DNA of 64,000 bases from Acidimicrobiia bacterium (GCA_038213435.1 JBBQTI010000007.1:16729-80728), one strand, 5' to 3'; counted from the stretch's first letter, positions 18,747-28,529 are shown. Notes: generated by a model from the letters alone, not told the origin. Numbers and translations are program-made.

Positions 18747-19508
18747 TCAGTCGCGCGCGGCACGCAGAAGCCTTTCCACCGGCGCGATGTCGAACGGTGG
18801 GCCGACCATCACGATCAGGTGGTCGGCACCCGCGTCGAGGTACGCAGGCCAGGCGTCGACCTCGCTGGCATTGATGGCGACGGTGCGCTCGATCTGACCC
18901 GGCTTGCGTTCGAGTCGCGCGCACCAATCGTCGAGCACGCGGTTCTTCTGTGCGAAGCTCTCCGCCGGTCCGAAGGTGTTCCATGCATCGGCATACTCCG
19001 CGACGAGCCGCAACGTCACCTTCTCGCCGCTCCCGCCGATGAGGATGGGGAGCCGGCCGCGCGGCGGCGGTTCCAGGCGGCTGAGGCGGTCCATCACGAT
19101 CGGCAGATCGCGCCTCAGGTCGCGCAACCGTGAGGCCGCGGAGCCGAACTCGTAGCCGTACTCGCGGTAGTCGCGGTCGAACCATCCCGAGCCGATGCCC
19201 AGCACGAATCGACCGTCGCTGATGTGGTCGATCGTGCGAGCCATATCGGCCAGCAGGTGCGGATTGCGGTACGAGTTGCACGTTACGAGGGCGCCGAGCT
19301 GCGCATGACGAGTGTCGGCAGCCATCGCGGCGAGCAATGTGTACGCCTCGAAGTGTGCGGCATCGGGATCGCCGTAGAGCGGATAGAAGTGGTCCCAGAG
19401 CCAAATGCTGTCGACCTCGAGCGCGTCGGCGGAGTTCCACGCGGCGCGCAGGTGTTCGACGGTCGTTGCTTGGGGATGGAGCTGCACACCGACCTTGAAT
19501 CGAGCCAT
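18747..19508 (-). CDS. LLM-class F420-dependent oxidoreductase
   Basis: 253 aa. VGVQLHPQ...SIWLWDHF...GRFVLGIGSGW is typical of the small F420-dependent luciferase-like family. Confidence 0.75.
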   Translation of the reverse strand: MARFKVGVQLHPQATTVEHLRAAWNSADALEVDSIWLWDHFYPLYGDPDAAHFEAYTLLAAMAADTRHAQLGALVTCNSYRNPHLLADMARTIDHISDGRFVLGIGSGWFDRDYREYGYEFGSAASRLRDLRRDLPIVMDRLSRLEPPPRGRLPILIGGSGEKVTLRLVAEYADAWNTFGPAESFAQKNRVLDDWCARLERKPGQIERTVAINASEVDAWPAYLDAGADHLIVMVGPPFDIAPVERLLRAARD

Positions 19509-19518
19509 TGCGCCGACG

Positions 19519-20658
19519 CTACCGGTCTTCCAGCTCGATACGGCGCCCGCCGTCGCGCATCCTGAGCGCGGCGTTGCCGTGCAGCAGTCGTTGGAGTGGC
19601 TCGCCGACGAGATCCGCCCGCCAGCCCGTGGCGAGGCGGCTCGGACGATCCTGCAACATCTGCGTGAGCTCGGCGCGGGTTGCGAGCAGCGACGGGTCGA
19701 GATCCAGCTCGGACGCGCGTTGCGCGAGCCACGCGCCCAGCACCGTTACCGCGGGTGCGAGCGACCGATCGATTCGGTCGGATTCGGGGAGAAGCAATTT
19801 CGACGACGGGAGCTCGATGCCCGCGGTAACCGCGTCGAGCAGATCCTTGGCGGTGTGATCCCGGAGCCGGCCGTCGATCCCGCGGATGCCCGTGAGGTCT
19901 TCGCGGCTGCGCGGCGGACGCTGCACGACACCTGCCAGGGCGAGGTCGGAGAGCACGTAGCGCGAGGGCACGTCGAGGGCCTCGGCTGTCCGCTCGCGCC
20001 ACGCCGCGACCTTCTGCGCGACGCCGCGCCCGTTCCCGCGCAGCTGGCGCGCCCCCTTGATCCGCCACCACGCGGTCTCGGGCTCGGGCCGCGTCCGGAT
20101 GCGCTGCCTCCGCTCCTCGCACTCGTCGGTGGCCCACTCGAGCCGGCCCATCGCCTCGAGCCGCCGCACGAGCTCGTCGTGCAACGGCAGCAGATGCTCC
20201 ACGTCGGCTGCGGCGTACACCCGTTGCTCGGCGCGCAACGGACGGCGCGTCCAATCGGTGAGTCGGTCGCCTTTGGTGAGCCTGGTTCCGAGCAGCTTCT
20301 CGACAGTCGCCGCCAACGATGGAGTCCCCATGCCGATGAATCCGGCGGCGACCTGCGTGTCGAACAGCTGGGACGGCGCGCACCCACACGCGCGCTCGAG
20401 GATCGTCAGATCCTGATCGGCCGCGTGCGCGACCATGCAGCCTTCTCCCGCGAGGAGGGTTCCGAGGGGAGCGGGGTCGACGGTCAGCGGATCGACCAAC
20501 GCGACGCCGTCGATCCATGCGATCTGGATCAGCGCCAGATGCGGCCAATAGGAACGCTCCCCGTGGAACTCGGTGTCGAGCGCGTAGAGCGGCTCGTCGG
20601 CGAGCGTCCGGACGAGCTCGGCCAGCTCGGCGGGAGCATCGATCCAGAGAAGTTCCAC
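19519..20658 (-). CDS. rnd: ribonuclease D (DEDD 3'-5' exonuclease plus HRDC)
   Basis: LYALDTEFHGERSYWPHLALIQI (ExoI), HAADQDL (ExoII), YAAADVEHL (ExoIII), followed by an HRDC-like region. GTG 20658 was chosen because the upstream codons are Arg/Pro-rich. Confidence 0.8.
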   Translation of the reverse strand: MELLWIDAPAELAELVRTLADEPLYALDTEFHGERSYWPHLALIQIAWIDGVALVDPLTVDPAPLGTLLAGEGCMVAHAADQDLTILERACGCAPSQLFDTQVAAGFIGMGTPSLAATVEKLLGTRLTKGDRLTDWTRRPLRAEQRVYAAADVEHLLPLHDELVRRLEAMGRLEWATDECEERRQRIRTRPEPETAWWRIKGARQLRGNGRGVAQKVAAWRERTAEALDVPSRYVLSDLALAGVVQRPPRSREDLTGIRGIDGRLRDHTAKDLLDAVTAGIELPSSKLLLPESDRIDRSLAPAVTVLGAWLAQRASELDLDPSLLATRAELTQMLQDRPSRLATGWRADLVGEPLQRLLHGNAALRMRDGGRRIELEDR

Positions 20659-20735
20659 GGCGCAAGCATGCCGCGCGCGCCGGGTCAGGCGCGGATTTGC
20701 CGTCGCCTCTGACGGGGCGGGCGACGCATCCGGGC

Positions 20736-21644
20736 TTACCGCAGTTCGGTTCGGACCGTCGCGAGTTGCTCGAACGACCGCAACACCGGGTCCTGGTCGT
20801 CGGCGAGGTGGCGGACGATGATGTCGGTACAACCCGATGCCCGCAGATCCGCGAACGCGTCGGTTACGCGGCCCGGTCCGCCGATTACGACCGCCGAGGG
20901 GTCGAAACCGCGGTATCCACGCGCGACGATCGGGTCCGCGACGGCGGCCGCCTGCTCGTCGGTAGCGGCGAGGTGGACGTCGCGGCGCACGGCGATCCGG
21001 GTTGGCTCGCGGCCGTGACGAACGCAGGCATCCCGGTAGCTCTGCACGAGTGCATCGACCTCGGCCGGTGTCGCTTCGGGGCCGATCAGGAAGGCGTCAC
21101 CCAGACGGGCCGCGCGATCGACGGCGCGCGGAGCCGCGGCACCGATCCATACCTCGAGCGGCTCCGGTGGGACCGGCGCGATCTGGGCCCGGTCGATCTT
21201 CCACGGTCCGTCGGGTACGGTCACCGACTCACCGCGGCACAACGTGCGCACGATCTCGAGCGCGGCCTCGAAGCGCGTCGCGCGCTCGCGCGACGAGGTG
21301 TCGAATGCGCGGAACTGCTCGTCGCCCGCGCCGACGGCGCACTGCATGATGAAGGGTCCACGGGCGATCGCGGCGAGCGTGCCGATCTGTTCCGCGACCA
21401 GTACCGGATGCCACAAGGGCAGCAGGAACAGCGCTCCCGCCGGGCGCCCGTCCCACTCGGCGAGCAGGCGACCGAGGATGGGGACGTTTTGGTAGTAGGG
21501 AACCGGGACGTTGTGGTGGTCGCCGACGAAGAGGCTGTCGAGGCCCGCCTCGGCCGCGGCCTTCGCCCGCTCGATCATCCACTTGGCGCCGACGCGCGCG
21601 TCCATCGGTGCGTACCCGCTCCGCAACGAAACGCCGATTTCCAT
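20736..21644 (-). CDS. LLM-class flavin/F420-dependent oxidoreductase
   Basis: MEIGVSLRSG...LDSLFVGDHH... luciferase-like TIM-barrel pattern. The alternative start is 21674. Confidence 0.7.
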   Translation of the reverse strand: MEIGVSLRSGYAPMDARVGAKWMIERAKAAAEAGLDSLFVGDHHNVPVPYYQNVPILGRLLAEWDGRPAGALFLLPLWHPVLVAEQIGTLAAIARGPFIMQCAVGAGDEQFRAFDTSSRERATRFEAALEIVRTLCRGESVTVPDGPWKIDRAQIAPVPPEPLEVWIGAAAPRAVDRAARLGDAFLIGPEATPAEVDALVQSYRDACVRHGREPTRIAVRRDVHLAATDEQAAAVADPIVARGYRGFDPSAVVIGGPGRVTDAFADLRASGCTDIIVRHLADDQDPVLRSFEQLATVRTELR

Positions 21645-21672
21645 CCTTGCAGCCTCGCGCGAAGATGCACCC

Positions 21673-22191
21673 ATGGCGACTCTCGATCGCGACCTCGTGG
21701 CCCTGGCAGAACGCCGCGCCGAGCTGCGCGCAAAGTTCCTGCGTCCCCCCGACTCACGCGCCGCGTCGAACGGCGGCGGAGTACATCACCTCGCATTGAT
21801 CTGTGCGGATCCCGAGCGAACGATTTCCTTCTACCAGGACGTGCTCGGCTTCCCGCTCGTCGAGCTGTTCGAGAACCGCGACTACGAAGGCTCGTCCCAC
21901 TTCTTCTTCGACATCGGCGCGGGCAACATGCTCGCGTTCTTCGACTTCCCCGGCCTCGGCCTCGAGCCGGTTCCGGAAGGCCTCGGCGGCGTGCAGCACG
22001 TTGCCATCTCGGTGACACCCGCGACGTTCGAGCTGCTGAAGGGCAGGCTCGAGGGCGCGGGCGTGGCGTATATCGGGCCCGACCGCGGGATCAAGGAGTC
22101 GGTGTACTTCAAGGATCCCGACGGCATCCAGGTCGAGCTGATCCGCCAGCCGCTGATGGAGGTGCCGGAGAGCGCGCCGCAAGGCGGCTGA
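21673..22191 (+). CDS. VOC (glyoxalase/bleomycin resistance/dioxygenase) family protein
   Basis: VHHLALICADPERTISFYQDVLGFPLVE...VQHVAISV...VYFKDPDGIQVELI paired beta-alpha-beta-beta-beta pattern. Confidence 0.8.
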   Translation: MATLDRDLVALAERRAELRAKFLRPPDSRAASNGGGVHHLALICADPERTISFYQDVLGFPLVELFENRDYEGSSHFFFDIGAGNMLAFFDFPGLGLEPVPEGLGGVQHVAISVTPATFELLKGRLEGAGVAYIGPDRGIKESVYFKDPDGIQVELIRQPLMEVPESAPQGG

Positions 22192-22204
22192 CCCGACGTA
22201 TCGA

Positions 22205-22466
22205 GCTCCGCTCCCTCCGGTCGCTGCGCTGTCGTCTCGCTACTCCTGGGTCGACTCCAAGCTCCGCTCCCTCGGGTCGCTGCGCTGTCGTCTCGCTACT
22301 CCTGGGTCGACTCCACGCTCCGCTCCCTCGGGTCGCTGCGCTGTCGTCTCGCTACTCCTGGGTCGACTCCACGCTCCGCTCCCTCCGGTCGCTGCGCTGT
22401 CGTCTCGCTACTCCTGGGTCGACTCCACGCTCCGCTCCCTCCGGTCGCTGCGCTGTCGTCTCGCTA
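22205..22466 (-). repeat. head-to-tail array of 4.7 x 56 bp of the GGAG-dense stop-codon-abutting repeat
   Basis: Unit starts at 22205, 22261, 22317, 22373 and 22429, an exact 56-bp period. The minus-strand sense unit is TAGCGAGACGACAGCGCAGCGACC(G/C)GAGGGAGCGGAGCGTGGAGTCGACCCAGGAG. The first TAG (22466-22464) is the stop codon of ccdA. There are no unique spacers. Confidence 0.95.
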
Positions 22467-23252
22467 ACCGAGCTCCACCAACCACTCGAGGTGCGCGTCG
22501 GTGAGCCACGTCTGCAGGTGCAGGCTCAGGCGCGAGAGCTCGTCGAACATCAGGAGCAGTCCGAAGGCGCCGATGACCGCGGCGGACCCGCCGACGATGA
22601 CCGAGAAGTGGCGCCTCACCCAGCCGAGCGCGCCGCCGAGCCGGCCGAGGAGCAGGCCGGTGAGCAGGAACGGCAGGCCGAGGCCGAGCGAGTAGACCGC
22701 GAGCAACGTTCCACCGGCCCACACGCGATGCTGGTTCGCCGCGATGCCGAGGATCGAGCCGAGGATCGGACCGATGCACGGCGACCAGCCGAAGCCGAAC
22801 GCCACCCCCGCGATCGCGGGCGCAGCGTCGCCGAAGCGACCGAGCCGAGGATGAAAGCGCTTCTCCTGGTACAGCCACGGCGCGTGCAGGAACAGGGAGC
22901 CGAGGAGGAACAGCGCCATCGCCAACATCAGCGTGCCTGACAGGCGCGTGAGGAGGCTCTGGTGATCTCGCAACTGCCGGCCGAGGGCGGTGGCCGACAA
23001 TCCCCACGCGACGAACACCGTGCCGAATCCGGCGACGAACCACGCGGTCGTGGCGACGATGCGCCGAGCGTGTACCCGCGACTGGTCTTGCAGCTCGGCG
23101 AGATCGAGACCGGACACCATCGAGAGATAGCCCGGCACGAGGGGCAGCACGCACGGCGAGAGGAACGAGACGACTCCGCCGCCGAATGCGGCGAGATACG
23201 CGAGCACGTTGACGTCGCCGATGCGAGTTCCGAGTGCGACGATCGCAATCAC
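22464..23252 (-). CDS. ccdA: cytochrome c biogenesis / thiol-disulfide electron transporter CcdA (DsbD family)
   Basis: FGGGVVSFLSPCVLPLVPGYL and FGWSPCIGPILG, the two conserved Cys-Pro motifs. Polytopic membrane protein. Confidence 0.85.
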   Translation of the reverse strand: MIAIVALGTRIGDVNVLAYLAAFGGGVVSFLSPCVLPLVPGYLSMVSGLDLAELQDQSRVHARRIVATTAWFVAGFGTVFVAWGLSATALGRQLRDHQSLLTRLSGTLMLAMALFLLGSLFLHAPWLYQEKRFHPRLGRFGDAAPAIAGVAFGFGWSPCIGPILGSILGIAANQHRVWAGGTLLAVYSLGLGLPFLLTGLLLGRLGGALGWVRRHFSVIVGGSAAVIGAFGLLLMFDELSRLSLHLQTWLTDAHLEWLVELG

Positions 23253-23384
23253 GGGTTCCCGATCACGAGAACATTGTGGGCGATCGCCTCCTCAGCGGGC
23301 GCACCCGGCGCTCACCTCCTGCACCGTCTCGGGTCGGTGCATAGGCTCCGAACGGGTTTCTCCGGAACGACCGAAAGGTGTCTC

Positions 23385-24188
23385 GTGACACGCGTGCAGG
23401 AGCTTTTCGACTTGTCGGGCCAGGTCGCGGTGCTGACCGGCGTAGCGAGCGGGATCGGCAAAGCGTCTGCGCACATGCTCTCGGCCGCCGGCGCGACGAT
23501 CGTGGGCGGCGACATCGACGAGGCCGGGGCCCAGGCCACCGTCGACGAGATCAGTCTCGAGGGCGGCACCGCGCGTGCGCAACGGGTCGACGTCACGAAA
23601 CGCGCCGACGTCGACGCCCTGGTCGACGGGGCCCGAGCCGACTTCGGTCGCGTCGACATCATGGGCAACATCGCCGGCATCCCGCACAACAAGATGGTCG
23701 CCGAGTGCACAGACGAGGAGTTCGAACGGATCCTGGCGATCAACCTGAAGAGTGTCTTCTATGGATGCCAGGCGGCGATCCGCCACATGATTCCGCAGGG
23801 CTCGGGCAACATCGTCAACATCTCCTCGGGCGCGATCGACACGCCCGCGCCGACGCTGGCGTGCTACGGCATGACGAAGGCTGCCGTGGCGATGCTCACC
23901 AAGACGCTGGCGACGGAGGTCGGTCGCAACGGAATCCGGGTGAACGCGATCGCGCCGGGAATGATCCTCACCAACTTCTCGCGGCACAACTTCACCGACG
24001 CCGACGGCAACATCGTGCCCGAGAAGCTCGAGCAGTATCACAAGCGCGCCGGCGCGATGGCGCCCCTCGGGCGCGCGGGCGAGGCCGAGGATGTCGCCCG
24101 CGCGTTCTTGTACCTCGTCTCGGAGGCCGCCGCGTTCGTGACCGGTCAAATCGAGCGACCCAATGGTGGCGTGTCGATGCCCTGGTAG
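23385..24188 (+). CDS. SDR family oxidoreductase
   Basis: GTG 23385 after GAAAGG. LTGVASGIG, NISS, YGMTKAA (YxxxK), NAIAPG. Confidence 0.8.
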   Translation: MTRVQELFDLSGQVAVLTGVASGIGKASAHMLSAAGATIVGGDIDEAGAQATVDEISLEGGTARAQRVDVTKRADVDALVDGARADFGRVDIMGNIAGIPHNKMVAECTDEEFERILAINLKSVFYGCQAAIRHMIPQGSGNIVNISSGAIDTPAPTLACYGMTKAAVAMLTKTLATEVGRNGIRVNAIAPGMILTNFSRHNFTDADGNIVPEKLEQYHKRAGAMAPLGRAGEAEDVARAFLYLVSEAAAFVTGQIERPNGGVSMPW

Positions 24189-24204
24189 TTCCGGACCGGG
24201 TGAA

Positions 24205-25557
24205 TCAGACGGAGCCGCCGCGACTGGTCGTACGCGGCGCGCGCCGCACGCGGACGTGTGACTCGACCGGCGGGCCGATGCGCGTCCCCGTGCGGTAGCG
24301 GCCGTCGACCACCGGCAGGCCACCGCTGCGCATCGCGCTGGCCCGCTGGCGATGCCGCGCGAGCCGCAGCATACGTTGCCGCTTCACCGCTCGCCGTCGG
24401 AACCCGATCACCACCGCCAGCAAGAGAATCAACACGATGGCGATGTTGCGCGTTCGCAGGAGTCCGGGCGATCGATGCGTGCTGCTCGTCGGAGCGGTCC
24501 GCAGGTGCTTGCTCGCAGTCGCCGCGAGCGGTGGCGACTCGAGAACGGGGACTACCTCCGGAACGGTGACGGCGGTCGGTGTCGCGGAGTTGACGGAGGT
24601 GCCGAGCTTCGCGAACGCGGCCTGGTCGGCGGCTCGGGCCGCGCAGCGCGAAACCGCGACCGCCGGCAAGGTCTGACCGGTCCCTGGCGCGTCGGGTGCG
24701 GTCGCGAACCCGGCGTCGAGCAGCGACGCGGCCTCCTGGTAGCCGGCGTCGGGGGCGCCGAGGATGACAGCGATCAGTGTGCGTCCGTTACGTGTCGCCG
24801 CCGCGACCAACGCGTGCTGCGAGCGGTTGGTGAAGCCGGTCTTGAAGCCGATCGCCCCCGCGTAGTCGTAGCCCCCACCCGGCAACATCTTGTTGTGGTT
24901 GATCAGATGGTGTTGCACGCCCGAGGGATCGACGAATGAGTACTCGTGCAGGGCCGCCCATTTCGCGATCTCGGGCACCGTGAGCGCGTTGCGCGTCGCG
25001 ATTGCGAGATCGTACGCGCTCATGACCGGGCCGCCCTTGTACGACGTCTCATCGTCGAGGCCGGCGGGGTCGCTGAGCGTGCTGTCGCGCAGACCGAGCT
25101 GGCGAGCCGTCGCGGCGAGATCGGTCGCGAACCCGTCGAGGCTGCCGCTGACCGTTTCGGCCAACGCATAGGCCGCGTCGTTGGCGGAAACCATCATCAG
25201 CGCGGCCATGATGTCGTCGGCACGCCACGGCTGGCCGACCGGAAGACCGATGCGCATCGCCTCGACACCCGCGTCCCGTGCGTTGGCCGTCACGCTCGCG
25301 CCGGGGCACAGACGCTCGACCCCGGTGAGCGCGGTCATGATCTTGGCCGTGCTCGCGGGGTGCACAGCCTCGTGAATGTTGTCACCGACCAAGATCCGCC
25401 CGGTTCCGGCGTCGACGACGATGTCCGCCTTGGGAGACGGAAGGCCCGCGGCCGCCGCGGTGCCGGTGACCGTTGGGCCGACCGTGGCGGTGGTGAGCAC
25501 GGCGACCACCGCCGTCGCCGCGCCGGCGAACCAAGCGTTGCGGCGAGGGCGGCGCAT
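24205..25557 (-). CDS. D-alanyl-D-alanine carboxypeptidase (serine-type, PBP5/DacB-like) with a C-terminal membrane anchor
   Basis: Signal peptide [21 protein letters not shown]. SxxK (STAK), SxN (SAN), KTG (KTGFT). C-terminal hydrophobic [15 protein letters not shown]. Confidence 0.8.
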   Translation of the reverse strand: MRRPRRNAWFAGAATAVVAVLTTATVGPTVTGTAAAAGLPSPKADIVVDAGTGRILVGDNIHEAVHPASTAKIMTALTGVERLCPGASVTANARDAGVEAMRIGLPVGQPWRADDIMAALMMVSANDAAYALAETVSGSLDGFATDLAATARQLGLRDSTLSDPAGLDDETSYKGGPVMSAYDLAIATRNALTVPEIAKWAALHEYSFVDPSGVQHHLINHNKMLPGGGYDYAGAIGFKTGFTNRSQHALVAAATRNGRTLIAVILGAPDAGYQEAASLLDAGFATAPDAPGTGQTLPAVAVSRCAARAADQAAFAKLGTSVNSATPTAVTVPEVVPVLESPPLAATASKHLRTAPTSSTHRSPGLLRTRNIAIVLILLLAVVIGFRRRAVKRQRMLRLARHRQRASAMRSGGLPVVDGRYRTGTRIGPPVESHVRVRRAPRTTSRGGSV

Positions 25558-25633
25558 GGGCGTCCAGGCTAGGCGGAACCGGTTCCCGAACGACGTCTTG
25601 CGGCGAAAACGGCTCGGGCCCGGGCGCGGCGAC

Positions 25634-26851
25634 GTGTCACCATGGGTCGTGGCCAACTCCCCGTCTCGAATCTCTGCCCGCATCGCCGCCATCCAGGAGT
25701 CCGCGACCCTCGCCGTCGACGCCAAGGCCAAGGCTCTGAAGGCTGCGGGCGAGAACGTCATCGGTTTCGGAGCCGGCGAGCCCGACTTCCCGACCCCCCG
25801 AAACGTGGTGGAGGCGGCGATCGCGGCGTGTCGTGAGCCCCGATACCACCACTATTCGCCGACACCGGGCCTGCCCGAGTTGCGCGAGGCGATCGCGTTC
25901 AAGACCAAGCGGGACTCCGGGGTCGATTGCTCGGCCGCGCAGGTCGTCGTGACGAACGGCGGGAAGCACGCCGTGTACAACACGTTCCAAGTCCTGTGCA
26001 ACGAAGGCGACGAGGTGTTGGTGCCGGCGCCGTACTGGACTTCCTACCCCGAGGTGATCACCCTCGCGGGCGGCGTGCCGGTTGTGCTTCCTACGTCGGA
26101 AGCCGACGGATTCCGCGTCGGAATCGATCAGCTGGAGGCGGCGTGGTCACCCCGCACCAAGGCGCTGTTGTTCGTCTCGCCGAGCAACCCGACCGGCGCG
26201 GTATACCCCTCCGAGGAGGTGGAAGCAATCGGCCGGTGGGCGCTCGATCGCGGCATCTGGGTCGTCACTGATGAGATCTACGAGCACCTGACCTACGACG
26301 GCCACGTGTTCTCGTCGATGCCGGGTCTGGTGCCCGAGCTCATGGATCGCTGCGTGATCCTGAACGGCGTCGCGAAAACGTATGCGATGACCGGCTGGCG
26401 CGTGGGCTGGATGATCGGCCCGCCCGACGTGACCGCCGCGGCGACCAACCTGCAGTCGCATTCGACCTCGAACGTGTCGAACGTCGCGCAGGTGGCCGCG
26501 CTCGCCGCGGTGAGCGGCGACCTGTCGGCCGTCGCCGAGATGCGGGGTGCATTCGCGCGACGCGGCCACACGATGTACGAGCTCTTGTCGAAGATCGAAG
26601 GTGTGAGCGTCCTCGCCCCGCAGGGCGCGTTCTATTGCTTTCCCTCCTTCGAAGCGGTGCTCGGGCGAGAGATCGCCGGCCGTACCCCGCAGACCACTCT
26701 CGAGCTGTGTGCGCTGCTGCTCGAGATCGCGAAGGTCGCGATCGTTCCGGGCGAGGCGTTCGGCGCGCCCGGCTACGCCCGGTTGTCGTTCGCGCTCGGC
26801 GACGACGACCTGGGTGTCGGGATGCGGCGGATCGCGGAGCTCCTGTCGTAA
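25634..26851 (+). CDS. pyridoxal-phosphate-dependent aminotransferase (aspartate aminotransferase class I)
   Basis: [62 protein letters not shown] (PLP Lys). The GTG start is uncertain: 25634 or 25649. Confidence 0.85.
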   Translation: MSPWVVANSPSRISARIAAIQESATLAVDAKAKALKAAGENVIGFGAGEPDFPTPRNVVEAAIAACREPRYHHYSPTPGLPELREAIAFKTKRDSGVDCSAAQVVVTNGGKHAVYNTFQVLCNEGDEVLVPAPYWTSYPEVITLAGGVPVVLPTSEADGFRVGIDQLEAAWSPRTKALLFVSPSNPTGAVYPSEEVEAIGRWALDRGIWVVTDEIYEHLTYDGHVFSSMPGLVPELMDRCVILNGVAKTYAMTGWRVGWMIGPPDVTAAATNLQSHSTSNVSNVAQVAALAAVSGDLSAVAEMRGAFARRGHTMYELLSKIEGVSVLAPQGAFYCFPSFEAVLGREIAGRTPQTTLELCALLLEIAKVAIVPGEAFGAPGYARLSFALGDDDLGVGMRRIAELLS

Positions 26852-26889
26852 CTACTCGTCGGGACTACTCGTCGGGACTACTCGCAGGG
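26851..26889 (+). repeat. 13-bp tandem repeat x3 (ACTACTCGTCGGG, ACTACTCGTCGGG, ACTACTCGCAGGG)
   Basis: It starts on the last base of the aminotransferase TAA stop (26849-26851) and lies in the spacer before serA. Confidence 0.85.
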
Positions 26890-26946
26890 CTGCCCACCGC
26901 GGGAACGGCCCGTGAGCGACGTCGTCGCCGTCTACCCTCGGGGGCG

Positions 26947-28524
26947 ATGCCCGCGCGTGTTCTCGTCTCCGAACCCCTCGCCGAGCGCGGACTCGTCGCC
27001 ATGCGTACCGCCGGGCTCGACGTCGACGTGCGGACCGGTCTCTCCCGGGAGCAGCTGCTCGAAGCGGTCAAGGGCGCGCGGGCGCTCGTGATCCGCAGCG
27101 CGACCCAGGTCACGGCCGAAGTGCTCGAAGCGGCGACCGAACTCGTCGTCGTCGGGAGGGCGGGTATCGGACTCGACAACGTCGACGTCGTCGAGGCGAC
27201 ACGGCGAGGCGTGATGGTCGTCAACGCCCCCCAGTCCAACGTCCTGTCGGCGGCCGAGCACACGCTCGCGCTCCTCCTCGCGCAGGCGCGCAACGTCCCC
27301 CAGGCCAACGCCGACCTGAAGGCCGGTGCCTGGAACCGGTCGAAATGGGAAGGTGTCGAGCTGCACGGCAAGACGCTCGGCATCGTCGGTCTCGGACGCG
27401 TCGGTGTGCTCGTCGCACAACGCGCGCACTCGTTCGGCATGCGGCTCATCGCGTACGACCCGTTCGTCAGCTCGGATCGGGCGCGTCAGCTCGGCGTGGC
27501 GCTCCTTCCGACGGTCGAGGAGCTGGTGGCGATCTCCGACTTCGTTTCGATTCACGCCACGAAGACACCCGAGACGGTCGGGCTCATCAATGCGTCGGTG
27601 CTCGCCCACGCCAAGCCCGGCCTACGTCTCGTCAACGCGGGTCGCGGCGGCATCGTCGACGAGGACGCACTGGCGGCGGCCATCGCCGACGGCCGGCTCG
27701 GCGGCGCCGCGATCGACACGTTTGCAAAGGAACCGACCACCGAATCGCCGCTGTTCGCGCTGGACAACGTCGTCGTCACGCCGCACCTCGGCGCGTCGAC
27801 CGCCGAGGCCCAGGACAAGGCGGGGGAGACGATCGCGGAGCAGGTGATCCTCGCGTTGCGCGGCGACTTCGTGCCGTTCGCGGTCAACGTCGCCGCCTCC
27901 GAGGCCTCCGAGAGCGTGCGCCCGTTCCTGCCGCTGGCCGAGCGGCTCGGACGCCTGTTCACGGGTCTGGCCGGAGGCGCGCCCTCGACGCTCAATATCG
28001 AATACGAGGGCGAGATCGCCGACTACGACTGCCGCGTGCTCACCCTGTCGGTGTTGAAGGGCGTGCTCGCCCCCGTGGTCACGGAGCCGGTGTCGTACGT
28101 CAATGCTCCGCAGATCGCGGAACAACGCGGCATCTCGGTGCGTGAAACGAAGTCGTCCGACGCGCGCGATTACGTGAATCTCATCGTCGTTCGCGGCGAT
28201 CAGGGCACGCACGTCGCGGCAACACTGTTCGGCAAACACCAGGCGCCGCGCATCGTGGGGATCGACGGCCACCAGGTCGACCTACCGCCGGCGCGGCACA
28301 TGCTCGTCGTGCACAACGACGACAGCCCGGGCATGATCGGTCGCGTTGGCACGGTGCTCGGTGACGCCGGCATCAACATCTCGAACATGGACGTCGGGCA
28401 GAGCCCGAGCGGTGAGGCGGCGTTGATGGTGATCGCGACCGAAACGGCGGTAGCGGACAAGGTGGTCCAGCACGTGACGCGCCAGGAAGGCGTGCAGTCG
28501 GCTCGCGCCATTGATCTCGGTTGA
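26947..28524 (+). CDS. serA: D-3-phosphoglycerate dehydrogenase (long form with ASB and ACT domains)
   Basis: GRAGIGLDNVDV, GIVGLGRVG NAD motif, TPHLGAST, and a C-terminal ACT-like HNDDSPGMIGRVGTVLGDAGINI. Confidence 0.9.
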   Translation: MPARVLVSEPLAERGLVAMRTAGLDVDVRTGLSREQLLEAVKGARALVIRSATQVTAEVLEAATELVVVGRAGIGLDNVDVVEATRRGVMVVNAPQSNVLSAAEHTLALLLAQARNVPQANADLKAGAWNRSKWEGVELHGKTLGIVGLGRVGVLVAQRAHSFGMRLIAYDPFVSSDRARQLGVALLPTVEELVAISDFVSIHATKTPETVGLINASVLAHAKPGLRLVNAGRGGIVDEDALAAAIADGRLGGAAIDTFAKEPTTESPLFALDNVVVTPHLGASTAEAQDKAGETIAEQVILALRGDFVPFAVNVAASEASESVRPFLPLAERLGRLFTGLAGGAPSTLNIEYEGEIADYDCRVLTLSVLKGVLAPVVTEPVSYVNAPQIAEQRGISVRETKSSDARDYVNLIVVRGDQGTHVAATLFGKHQAPRIVGIDGHQVDLPPARHMLVVHNDDSPGMIGRVGTVLGDAGINISNMDVGQSPSGEAALMVIATETAVADKVVQHVTRQEGVQSARAIDLG

Positions 28525-28529
28525 GGCCG

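Noticed and set aside
22205-22466. Possible CRISPR array, because of its regular direct repeats.
   Set aside because: The units abut head-to-tail with an exact 56-bp period, so there are no unique spacers. No cas genes are nearby, and the same unit occurs as solo copies at gene ends. It is a tandem/dispersed repeat, not CRISPR.
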